64,000 nt of DNA from Malacoraja senta (lineage: Eukaryota). Position numbers and translations under genes: made by a program. Location of the stretch: contig CM075989.1 of NCBI GenBank assembly GCA_038087875.1, forward strand, positions 24,864,001 through 24,928,000. Reading direction: 5' to 3'. Below the pieces are notes generated by a model that saw nothing but the letters and a program-made list of their open reading frames with translations, made no database searches and was not told the origin of the DNA. Every line of letters begins with the position of its first letter. Position 1 is the stretch's first letter. Shown piece by piece: positions 1-11,006 of the stretch.

Positions 1-51
1 ATACTATTAAGTATATATACTTTATATAAATTATATACTTTGTGTATAATA

Positions 52-1096
52 TAGCAATGTTACAAAATTTTGAGATTTTACAAAATAAAGTCTGTAATTT
101 ATCCCATCAGATAAAGCATAAAAAGAAGTTTAATTTGACACCTAATTCACTTTCATATCTTCAGTATTAAAAAAGTTATGGCCATTTTCATACTCGGAAA
201 TTAGCATCTTGTTCCCTATTGCTTTTCCATTGTCTTAACACAAAAGCTGTGATCGAGGACAGTCAAAAGCCCATAACTTTCTTAAAAATTAAGAGAACTG
301 AAAGAAATTTTCAGTTATTATAGATTGAAGCATTCTGAAACAAATATGAAACAATCTTACTTAGATGACATGAAATTAAAGCATATAATTAGTTAGTTAC
401 CTAATTGTAGCTAATTACAAAATTCAATTACTAGATCTAAACATCTATCAATTTCTTAAGAATAGATTAACATTTTTAAATAGCCTAAGTGTCCAAATAA
501 CATTCACACAAGAATTCACAATATAACATAATTTTTTTATCTCATTGTCATGGATTTATAGGCCAAATGGAAGAAATTTAATGTTTAATACCTGTAAATT
601 AATGGGCATTTATATCATCTTGCGAATGGGGATTTCTGGAACGCGATCATTTGGAACGTTGATTTGCAGTGAATTTAACCCCGTATCGGCATGAAAATTA
701 TTGCCGTTAGTTCGGGGAAAATCACCGTTTCGCATGTAAAATGTGAATTAAAGGCCTCTTAAGGAGAACGTTTATACATAAAAATAAACGGCTTTCGTTT
801 ACCTGTCCCATTGTGTGAAATCCGTCCCCGTTATCGGCATTGACGGCTTCAGAAGCTGATTTTAAAATGACTCCAGCGCTGAAATTGTCGGGAGATTTTT
901 AAAACAAAATACTCAAGACGCCCCTCGGAACGATTCTTCCGCAAAAGCTTGCACTCCAACGAAATATAATACAGGACAAGGTAGGAGAAACCCGCGTTTT
1001 AACCCCGCCCCCCCTCCCCTCAAAGGCGCCAAAATCGCGCACACGGCCAGTGGCAGAATTGCAGCGCCGCTGAAGGTAAGTATTGTAACATACCTA
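52..1096. mobile_element. Putative non-autonomous DNA transposon (~1.05 kb, TAG...CTA termini)
   Basis: Imperfect terminal inverted repeats TAGCAATGTTACAA / TAGGTATGTTACAA (revcomp), flanked by direct repeat TATAATA (45-51, 1097-1103); no ORF. Flanks are AT-rich, so the duplication could be chance. Confidence 0.5.
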
Positions 1097-1635
1097 TATA
1101 ATATACTTTAAAATCAATTATGATTCGAGATTCGAGATTCCTTTATTTGTCATTCAGACCTTTTGGTCTGAATGAAATTTCGTTGCCTGCAGTCATACAT
1201 ATAATAATAAATAACAAAACACACAATAAACACAAATTAACATCCATTACAGTGAGTTCACCAGGCACCTCCTCACTGTGATGGAGGCAAAAGTCTTAAA
1301 GTCTCTGTCTCTTCCCTCTTTGTTCTCCCTCTGCGCTGAGGCGATCCAGGCTTCTGATGTTGTGACCCCGCCGGGTGATGGTAAGTCAGTCCCGTGGCTG
1401 AATCGGAGCTCCGCTCCGCAACGGGCCGGTTTAAACTCCGCGGCCCGGGGTGGTCGAAGCTGCCGATCATTAATATACTTTAAGATCTTTATATTCTTTA
1501 AGCATATATTTTTTTTATATACTTGTAAGTATATACTTTATATAAATGATATACTTTATATTTTAAAATCATCAAAAAAGAATGTTTGAATAAATACCAT
1601 GAAGACAATATTAATTCCGGGTTTTAATGTTTTGA

Positions 1636-1767
<132 letters not shown>

Positions 1768-1899
1768 TAAGTTTAGTTTAGTTTATTATTGTCATGTGTA
1801 CTGAAGTACAGTGAAAAGCTTTGTATGTGTGCTATCCAGTCAAAGAAAGGACTATAAATGATTACTATCGAGCCGTCCACAGATACAGGATAAAGGGAG

Positions 1900-2295
1900 A
1901 GGTCGAGCAGGCTAAGACTTCATTATTTGGAGCACAGGAGGATGAGGGATGATCTTATAGAGGTTTATAAAATCATGAGAGGAATAGATCAGGTAATGCA
2001 CAGTCGCTTGCCCAGAGTAGGGGAATCGAGGACCAGAGGACATGGGTTTAAGGTCAAGGGGAAAAGATTTAACAGGAACCTAAGGGGTTAACTTTTTACA
2101 TAAAGGGTGGTGGGTGTATGGAACGAGCTGCTGGAGGAGGTAGTTGAGGCTGGGACTATCGCAACGTTTAAGAAACATTTAGACAGGAGCATGGATAAGA
2201 CGGGTTTAGAGGGATGTGGGCCAAATGCAGGCAGGTGGGACTAGTGTAGATGGGACATGTTGGCCAGTGTGGGAAGTTGGGCCAAAGGGCCTGTG
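1900..2295 (+). mobile_element. CR1 (HER1-like) LINE 3' fragment
   Basis: Degenerate CR1 ORF2 C-terminus (RGHGFKVKG.RF...VVGVWN.L) plus 3' UTR. Similar fragments near 5010-5460, 24540-24900, 25525-25895, 28415-28700, 41545-41810, 42065-42345, 44265-44630, 45020-45500, 58010-58340, 61810-62210 and 63755-63960. Confidence 0.8.
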
Positions 2296-2974
2296 TTTGT
2301 ATCCGACCAGTTCATCTTTCCTGAATTGATTTGTTGTTGGATGAGGAGAACAGAAATGAATTTCAACTAAAATGTCACATGGGAGATAATTAGAAGCATT
2401 CTCTTATAATTTAACATCTGCAGTTTCTATTATGTGACAATAGACAGGAAGGGAGGAGAAATGGCATGGATTTCTATTGCACAATTCCGTACTTATGATT
2501 GTTCCAAACATTTTATGAGAGTGTATTACTCTTGAAACCTAGTCAGCCTTTGGATAAAGGAAATGCAAATGTGATGAATCTGTGGGATTCATTGCCACAG
2601 ACGGCTGTGGAGGCCACGTCCTTGGGTATTTTTAAGGCAGAGATTGACAGATACTTGATTAGTATGGGTGAAAGGGTTATGGGGAGAAGGCAGGAGAATG
2701 GGGTTGAGAGGGAAAGATAGATCAGCCATGATTGAATGGCAGAGTAGACGCGATGGGCTGAATGGCCTCATTCTGCTCCTATGACATGAACTTATGAACA
2801 TGATCAAGACTCACCTAATGCAACCCACAATCGACATGTCTCAAGTTCTTCATGACCATGTGTAGCCATACTACCGTCTAGTGAAGAGCTAATAACAATA
2901 ACACTAACGTAAATTCAGTCAACTTTACCTGCATGTCCATCTTTGTTTGTGATTTGTTCCTTTTCCCCTTCCAG

Positions 2975-3053
2975 TATGCTGATCTATTATCTCCAATCAA
3001 TTGCTCGCTCACTAAAGTTTACCAACAATCAACTCCGGATGCAGCTGCAAGTT
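2975..3053 (+). CDS. TMC3: TMC3 exon
   Basis: Pyrimidine tract+CAG, GT donor; MLIYYLQSIARSLKFTNNQLRMQLQV; phase fits the previous exon. Confidence 0.93.
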
Positions 3054-3157
3054 GTACGTACATTGTATTCGACTCTTGAAAAGTTTGGCATGTTTTTACA
3101 TGATTAAATTTCATTAAAACAAAGAGCTGTGAATATTCAGGCCTTTTCTGCCTGCAG

Positions 3158-3200
3158 GAGAGAACGGAAGATAAGAAGAAAGTATCACAGATGGTAGCAG
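3158..3200 (+). CDS. TMC3: TMC3 exon
   Basis: 43-bp AG/GT exon, ERTEDKKKVSQMVA (human ARSEDKKKVAQMVE). Confidence 0.9.
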
Positions 3201-3350
3201 GTCAGGAAATCTCTCATAATGTCACCAAGAAACGTATTATTCTATGAAGCAGGTTAAACTGGAGAATAATTACATTAGAGATATTTTACATATATTTAAA
3301 AAATGTTTTCAGTATTTTCCAAAAGTGAATATGCTCCATGTTATTTTAGT

Positions 3351-3560
3351 CTTCTTCTTCTGTCGTATGTCTTTTAGACCTGCAGCTCCGTTGAGGCGAG
3401 CCAGGCCAACGTGTCATCGTCCAGGTCAATCAGACCTCGTTCACCATTCGGTGGCCGGTGTTTGGGGCAACTGGTGACTATGTGCTCCACTGTCTGTGTT
3501 GGGTCCCCACACTCGCAGGAGGTGCTGTCCACGAGGCCCCACCTGAATACCTTTGAGTTT
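3351..3560 (-). mobile_element. 5'-truncated non-LTR retrotransposon 3' end, Vingi/Ingi-like
   Basis: C-terminal CCHC knuckle CECG...QTVEHIVTSCP, stop, then ATACGACA(GAA)n tail. Confidence 0.65.
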
Positions 3561-3873
3561 AGAGAGGATGCGTCAGGCATTCTGAAAGTTTGCTGCTTGT
3601 TGAAGGAATTGGAGCTTGTTGTTGCCATGAACGGAATGAACCTGGAATTTTACAAAGCTCTTCTTAGTCATGTATTTTTAATTTTTAAAGCAGAGATTGA
3701 TAGGTTCTTGATTAGTACGGGTGTCAAAGGTTACGGGGAGAAGGCCGGATAATGGGGCTGAGGGGGAAAAATAGATCAGCCATGATTGAATGGCAGAGTA
3801 AACACGATGGGCTGAATGGCCTAATTCTTCTTGCAATGGATAATGTTTGAATGCTTCACTTGGCCTTTTGCAG

Positions 3874-4126
3874 CAAGGTTTCAGGAAGAAAGCAAGAGTG
3901 CAGAACATGAGAGTGACGTCACCAGCCAGGGGCCGTCCCTGCAATCGTCGCCCCGCAGGAATGGGGACCTGGTGAACATCGACTCGCCAGCCTGTACCAG
4001 GACTCGCGTCCAGAGCATTTCCCATCAGCTGGCTCATCCTGCCAACCCCCCGCGGGTCACCGACCCCACTCACCACCCATCCGCTGGAGCTGCCCTAATG
4101 CAGCGGGGTGAACACCACCCACACAG
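3874..4126 (+). CDS. TMC3: TMC3 penultimate coding exon
   Basis: ARFQEESKSAEHESDVTSQ...HHPHR; phases fit both neighbours. Confidence 0.85.
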
Positions 4127-5549
4127 GTCAGAACACTCTTCCACAAATGATAGTCATGGCTTTAGTTTTAATTTTAGATACAGAACATACGGCCAACGCT
4201 ACAACAGTCTCACACTAACAGAAGGATCATGAAATCCATCAGGGCAGCTGAGATTATAAATTCAGTTAATCAAATTCTCTGAAAGGTTCACAGTTAATAA
4301 TAGGAAGCGCAAAACTACAGATTAACGGTGTGGTTCATAACAGGCTAATGAAGTGCCAACATACAACCGTCACAAGTCATAGCAACACAATTAAGCCACA
4401 CTCTGACTAAAGAAATTCCTTCTCATCTTCTTTCTAAAGGTACGTCCGTTTTTCTGAGGCTGTGCCCTCTGGTCCTGGAATCTCCCACTAGTGGAAACAT
4501 CTTCTCCACATCCACTCTATCCAGGCCTTTCACTATTCAGTATGTTTCAATTAGGTCCCCCACCTCAACCTTCTAAACTATGGCGAATACAGGCCCAGTG
4601 CCTTCAAACACTCATCATTCGGTCCCAACCCGAAACGTCGCCTCTCCATTCCCTCCACAGATGCTGTGTGACCTGGGTTACTTAGCACTTTGTGTTTTAC
4701 TACAGTTATGTGTTAGTGTAGTTGGGTTTAGTTTATTGTCAGTGAAAAGCTTTTGGTGCGTGCCAACCAGTCAGCGGAAAGACAATACGTGATTACAATC
4801 GAGCCGTCCACAGTGTACAGACGCAGGATAAAGGGAATAACATGAATAACGTTTCGTGCAAGTCCAGTCAGCCCAGGTAGTAGAGATGGCACTAAATCAC
4901 CTCCCTCCTGTGAAAAAATAAGAGTTTAAATCCGCTTTGTGAAATATTCTGCAATATAATGTCTGGATGGGCCGAATTCTGCTACTCCCACTTATGATCT
5001 GAGATCCCATATCTCCATATCCCTCCAAACCTGTCCTATCCATGTACCTGTCTAGCTGATTATTAAATGTTGGGATAGTCCCAGCCTCTGGCAGCTTGTT
5101 CCATACACCCACCACCCTCTGTGTGAAAACGTTACTCCTTAGATTCCTATTAAATCTTTTCCCCTTCACCTAAAACCTGTGTCCTCTGATCCTTGATTCC
5201 CCTACTCTGGGCAAGAGACTACCTGATCTATTCCTCTCATGATTTTATAGACCTCTATAAGATCACCCCTCATCCTCTTGCGCTCCAAGGAGTAGAATCC
5301 CAGCCTACTCAACCTCTGCCTATAGCTCAGGCCCTCTACATCCTGGTAAATCTTCTCTGTGCCCTTGCCAGCTTGGCCACATCTTTCCTATAACACAATA
5401 CTCTAAATGTGGCCTCACCAACGTCTTATACAACATTCACATGATCTCCCAACTCCTACACTCTTCTCTCTGGAGAAAAAGGATGGGTGATGTTTTGGGT
5501 TGGGACATGTTTGGACTTGCTTGTTTCTACACTTTGCTTGTCTCCCCAG

Positions 5550-6393
5550 GTACCCGGCAGCTGTGCCAGGAACCACGAGTGGCCACTACAGAGCCAAGCC
5601 ACCGGCCAGCCGGGTTACCAGATTGCCGGAGCATCTCCGTGCCGAGGTGCCGATTAGGAAGTGCGTGAGACCGGTTAGCTATTCCCCCACGCGAGGTCCT
5701 CCACAGACGATTCTGGGCCGTAGGGTCCACACGGCCCGATACATCCTGGTTAATGAGAGGGAATCCAGGACCAGGATGATGCATCCCATCAGCAGAATCA
5801 CCCAGCGTTACACCATGGAGGAGCCCAGAGAAATGGTGGAGATGCTGCCACGCAAGGTGAAGCATTACGTCATGCACAGAGCAAAGGGGGTGAGATCGCA
5901 GTTACACTTCAGCGAGGAGGAGGAGGAGGGGGGGGATGAGGAAGATGTGGCACAAACCTCCTTCATCACATCACCTCGCCCCCACTCCCTGTCAGACCTC
6001 CACCAACCCACTCGCTTCTACATCGGTGACAGCAAAGACAGTCGGCTGCTGATCGGGAAAGACTCGGCCCAGATTCAGTATGGGTCATACAACGAGGGGA
6101 ACGTTGTACCTGGGACGTCCCACGATCAGGGACCTGCCATCCAAAGTACGGGAGCTCAAGCCAAGCGGAAGGCCATGCAGAAAGCAGACCAGTCACTGAC
6201 CGAATCAGACTCGGTATCCATAGCATCAAGCAACGACCTGCAAAACAGCAGCAGTGACCAGTACATACAGGTCATTCACAGCAAGGACAAGTGTGTGAAA
6301 CCTTCTAGTGACAAACTAAACAGACCCAAATCAAGAGCAAATGTTGAACTGAATGTTACTGAGGCTAAAGAGCTAATATGTTCAAATGTCTAG
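5550..6393 (+). CDS. TMC3: TMC3 terminal coding exon
   Basis: Part of ORF 5500..6393; motifs SEEEEE, FYIG, SLTESDSVS.ASS.D.QNSS.DQY.QV.HS and C-terminal LICSNV match TMC3. Confidence 0.93.
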
Positions 6394-6614
6394 AGGGATG
6401 ATATCTTTGTTTACACACAAGGTCAGCATGTACAGAATGTACTACTGCATGGTGTGTCTGTGCTGAATGTTATTTTAGTTTTTAGAGATACAACATGGAA
6501 ACAGGCCCTGCAGCTCACTGAGTCCACGCCGACCAGCAATCACCCATTCACACTGGTTCTATGCTCTCCACTTTCTCATCCACACCCCATAAACTAGGAA
6601 TAATTCACCATGGG

Positions 6615-7150
6615 AATGAACTGCAGATGCTGGTTTACACTGAAGGCAGACACAAAATGCTGGAGTAACTCAGCGGGACAGGCAGCATCTCTGGAGAGAA
6701 GGAATGGGTGATGTTTCTGGTCGAGACCCTTCTTCAGACTGAGAGCCAGGGGAGAGGGAGACACAGAGATAAGGAAGTGTATGGTGGAAAAAAGAGACAT
6801 CAAAAGAGATGGGGTTCAAGGAAAATGTAGAATAGATCATTGTTAGCTCGGAGAAGGTGACTACAAAGCAAACAGATAAAAATTTAATCAGGGGACTGTC
6901 AGATCGGTCGGAGAGCTAGAAGGGGGGAGGGATGGAGAGAGAGGGAAAGCAAGGGATACTTGAAGTTAGAGAAGTCAATGTTCGTATCGTTGGGGTGTAA
7001 GCTGCCCAAGCGAAATACGAGATGCTGTTCCTCCAATGTGCGCTGGGCCTCGCTCTGTCAATGGAGGAGGCCCAGGAAAGAAAGGTCAGAATGGGAGGGG
7101 GAGTTAAAGTGTTTGGCAACCGGGAGATCAGGTTGGTTTAGACAGACTCT
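6615..7150 (-). mobile_element. Penelope-like element 3' fragment (GIY-YIG C-terminus + terminal repeat)
   Basis: Homologous to the 3' end of the element at 12872-14896 (HFNSPSHS...LEEQHL.FRLGSL) and followed by the same terminal repeat family. Confidence 0.8.
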
Positions 7151-8425
7151 GAGAAAGTTAGTTTATTGAAATAGCAATAAATCTACACTGTAGATTCTGA
7201 AAATCTACACTTGAAATAACCCCAAAATGCTGGAATTGCTCCTTAGGTCAGGCAGCATCAAAGGAGAGAGAAACAGACTTTTAATGATTTGAGTGGAAGA
7301 TCCTTCATCAGAACTAGGATTAAGTAGAAATAAGCAGCTTTTCATTGATTGATGGCAAGATACAGCATGGAAACAGGCCATTCACCCCAGCAATCACCCA
7401 TTCACACTAGTTCTTTGTTATCCCACCTTCTCGTTCACTCCCTGCACACTAGGGGCAATGTACAAACCCGCACGTCTTTAGGATATGGGAGGAGCCGGAG
7501 CTCTCAGAGAAAACCCACACGATCACAGCAAGAATGTAGAAACTCTGTACAACAGCGCCCGAGGTCAGGATTGAACCTGGCTCTCTAGCGCTGTGTGGGC
7601 ACTCGCTCCTTACACCCACCACCCCTTGTGTAAGAGAGGTTACTCCTTGCTTTCCTATTAAATCTTTCCACCTCCACCTTAACCCGGAGACTGTGCGTTA
7701 ACCCATCTATTCCATACATATTGTATGAAATGATTCATCAGAAGAAAGACATTCTTTTCTGACTAAATAAAGAAACATGAAGACAATTCAGGACCTTGGT
7801 GAGAGAGGAGAATCTAGCCTCCTTTTGCTCTGGTATTTTATTTAATTCACATGTTTAATCAATAATGTTTGATTATTAATATTTAATGTTTTATGTGTCA
7901 TTTTTACTGTCACTGTATGTCATGTTGTCACTTGCGGGCTGAGCACCAAGGCAAATTCCTTGTATGTGAATACTTGGTCAATAAACTTATTCATTCATTC
8001 AGAGGCACAGCGGCAGCTTTGGATTGAGCAATGAGGAAGCAATGTTGGCTTGGGAAATGCACTGTGAGTGAGAGAGGAGAGTTGGGTAGCTAAAAAACAA
8101 AAGTGCTGGAGTAACTCAGCATCTCTTGAGAACATGGATAGGTGATGTTTCAGGGCGTGACCATTCAAACTGATTAAAAGGGTGGGGGTGGGGAGAATGC
8201 TGGGAGAGAGGAGAGACAGGATGAGGCGCAGCGGGTAAGAGGTAGACACAGGCGAGGGGAGCTTGATGGTTGGAACAAATGTGAGAGATAAGAAAGGAAG
8301 GTATGAGACAGGTTGCAGATTGTGAAGCCAGAGGGCGGAAAGTAGCAGGTGGGGGAGGGGAGAAATAACGGGGGGGGGGGGTCTAGGTGGGGCACGGGAG
8401 GGAATGGGGGAAGAGGTTAGTGAGA

Positions 8426-8775
8426 GGTAATTGCTGGGTGGGGGGTAATTGCTGGGGGTAATGGCAAGGGCTGGGGGGTAATTGCAGGGGGTAATTGCTG
8501 GGTGGGGGGTAATTGCTGGGGGTGGGGGGTAATTGCTGGGTGGGGGGTAATTGCAGGGGGTAATTGCTGGGGGTGGGGGGTAATTGCAGGGGGTAATTGC
8601 TGGGGGTGGGGGGTAATTGCTGGGTGGGGGGTAATTGCAGGGGGTAATTGCTGGGGGTGGGGGGTAATTGCAGGGGGTAATTGCTGGGGGTGGGGGGTAA
8701 TTGCTGGGTGGGGGGTAATTGCAGGGGGTAATTGCTGGGGGTGGGGGGTAATTGCTGGGGGTGGGGGGTAATTGT
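8426..8775 (+). repeat. G-rich minisatellite upstream of STARD5
   Basis: Tandem GGGGGTAATTGC(A/TG)GGG(GG)T-type units; source of repetitive ORFs (PPAITP, GGNCW). Confidence 0.95.
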
Positions 8776-8829
8776 TGCCACCCCCCTGCAGCTCCACACA
8801 ACCCATCCCGCCCACTCTGCACCGCTCTG

Positions 8830-9239
8830 CTTCCCCATTGGCCACCTCGGATGCCAATCCATCTGGACCAACGCCCTGCCGCACGGCCCGCTGGGTAGTG
8901 TAGTCCGGCCGAGCCCAGTTCCCGGAGGCGGGTGGTGATGGGAGTGAGTGAGCGGACTACAGCTCCCAGGTCGCGGCGCCCTGCCGCACGGCCCGCTGGG
9001 TAGTGTAGTCCTGCTGAGCCTGGCGTCGGGAGCGGGTGCTGGTGGGAGTGAGTGAGCGGACTACAGCTCCCGGGTCGCGGCGCGGGGATGGGATGGGGGA
9101 GCGCGGCTGGCGGGAGGGCGGGCAGGCAGGCGGCGGCTGAGGCGGCAGCAGCAGCGGGGACGGGCAGAGCGGCCTGTGGGTCACCCCCCAGCCTCGGGCC
9201 GGCGCCCCCACCCTCTCCCCGACCCGCCGACGGTGCGGC
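8830..9239 (+). promoter_or_regulatory. STARD5 CpG-rich promoter/5' UTR with CCAAT boxes, ERSE-like element and ZNF143-type motifs
   Basis: CpG-dense; ATTGG at 8837, CCAAT-N9-CCAAC at 8854-8872, four ACTACA-nnn-CCC(A/G)G motifs in a ~105-bp tandem duplication. Confidence 0.7.
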
Positions 9240-9329
9240 ATGGATTATGCGGCGGTGGCGGACGCGGTGGCGGAGAAGCTGCTGGGATATTGCAGGGACG
9301 GCAGCGGGTGGCGGGTGTGCAAGGCGTCG
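9240..9329 (+). CDS. STARD5: StAR-related lipid transfer protein 5, coding exon 1
   Basis: MDYAAVADAVAEKLLGYCRDGSGWRVCKAS followed by GTGAGT donor. Confidence 0.93.
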
Positions 9330-9339
9330 GTGAGTGGGG

Positions 9340-10010
9340 GATACATGGGGAGAGGAAGGATGAGGGGGAGAGAGGGTATAGAGGGGGAGAGGGTACAGGG
9401 GGAGAGGGTACAGGGGGAGAGAGAGGGTACAGGTGGAGAGAGGGTACAGGGGGAGAGAGGATACAGGGGGAGAGGGTACAGGGAGAAGAAGGATGAGGGG
9501 GGAGAGAGGATTCAGGGGGAGAGGGTACAGGGGGAGAGAGAGGGTACAGGGAGAAGAAGGATGAGGGAGAGAGGATACAGGGGGAGAGGATACAGGTGGA
9601 GAGGGTACAGGGAGAGGAAGGATGAGGGAGGGGAGAGGATACAGGGAGAGAGGATTCAGGGGGAGAGAGGGTACAGGGGGAGGAAGGATGAGGGGGAAGA
9701 GAGGGTACAGGGGGAGAGGATACAGGGGGGGTACAGGGAGGGGAGAGAGGATACAGGAGGAGAGGATACAGGGGGAGGAAGGATGAGGGGGGAGGAAGGA
9801 TGAGGGGGGAGAGAGGATACAGGGAGAGGGGGAGAGATGATACAGGGAGAGGGGGAGAGAGGATACAGGTAGAGGATACAGGGAGAGAGGGAGAGAGGAT
9901 ACAGGGGGAGAGGGTACAGGGAGAGGATACAGGGGGAGAGGGTACAGGGAGAAAGGATACAGGGGGAGAGGGTACAGGGAGAGAGGATAGAGGGGGGAGA
10001 GAAGTTGGAT
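9340..10010 (+). repeat. Purine-rich minisatellite in STARD5 intron 1
   Basis: Degenerate GGGGGAGAG(A)GG(G/A)TACA units. Confidence 0.95.
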
Positions 10011-10534
10011 GAGGAAGGGTGGAGGGTCTTGTTTATTGAAATCCTGACAAATTGAATACAGTAGGTAAAGAAATACATCAAAATAAGAACTGGTTATTAT
10101 GTAATTTTTGTGATATCAGAGATTTGTATCTAAAATGTCCCTTTAACTTTATCTATCCCTGACCTCTGTCTTGGCATGTTATGTCTCTACTACTGATTGG
10201 GCAGTTGCTCCAGGTTGACTTGCTTCCACTCCAGTTTGGAATTGCTGCCAGGCATGCGATAGGAAGTGCTTGATGAGGTGTGTGGGTATTTAGGGAGAGG
10301 GTGTGTTGCCTTCACTGGGCCTCCGTATGTTGCCGATGAGGGAACCCGAGGTTATTGGTGCCATCCTGAAAGCTGCATCATGTTGAGCAATCATGAGCCA
10401 GGCATTCCAATGAAGGTCAGTCTGAAGAAGGGTCTTGACCCAAAACGTCACCCATTCCATCTCCCCAGAGATGCTGCCTGTCCCGCTGAGTTAAACCAGC
10501 ATCTGCAGTTCCTTCCTACACAATGAAGTTGATG

Positions 10535-11006
10535 TCCATTTTCACCAAGCACGATACCTGGAGGCTGCAGCGAATCGTCCGATCAGCAGAGAAGGTTATT
10601 GGCTGCAACCTTCCCTCCATTGATGAACTGTACACTGCAAGGGCCAGGAAGCGAGCGGGCAAGATCATCTCTGACCCCTGGCCACAAACTCTTTGAATCA
10701 TTTCCCTCTGGAAGGCGACTCCGGACTGTCAAAGCTGCCACAGCCAGACATAAAAACAGTTTTTATCCACGAGTAGTTGCTCTACTCAACAGCCAAAAAT
10801 CTGTAGCCTCCTTTTGATCTGGTATTTTGTTGGTTCACATGCTTGATCAATGATGTTTTATCATTAATGTTTTATTATTATTAATGTTTAGTGTTTTCTG
10901 AGTCATTCATAACTGTCACTGTATGTCATGTTGTTACTTGTGGGCAGAGCACGAAGGCAAATTCCTTGTATGTGAATACTTGGCCAATAAACTTACTTAC
11001 TTACTT
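10535..11006 (+). mobile_element. Rex1/Babar-like LINE 3' fragment
   Basis: Translates RLQRIVRSAEKVIGCNLPSIDELY...PGHKLFESFPSGRRLR...NSFYPRVVALLN; ends AATAAA(CTTA)n; related tail at ~7815-8000. Confidence 0.75.

Noticed and set aside
7995..8884. Pro-rich and GGNCW repetitive ORFs
   Set aside because: Translations of the G-rich minisatellite; the same applies to ORFs at 46416-46716, 48580-49148 and 57134-57706.
9330..9803. Extension of the STARD5 exon 1 ORF (187 aa)
   Set aside because: Read-through past the GTGAGT donor into a minisatellite.
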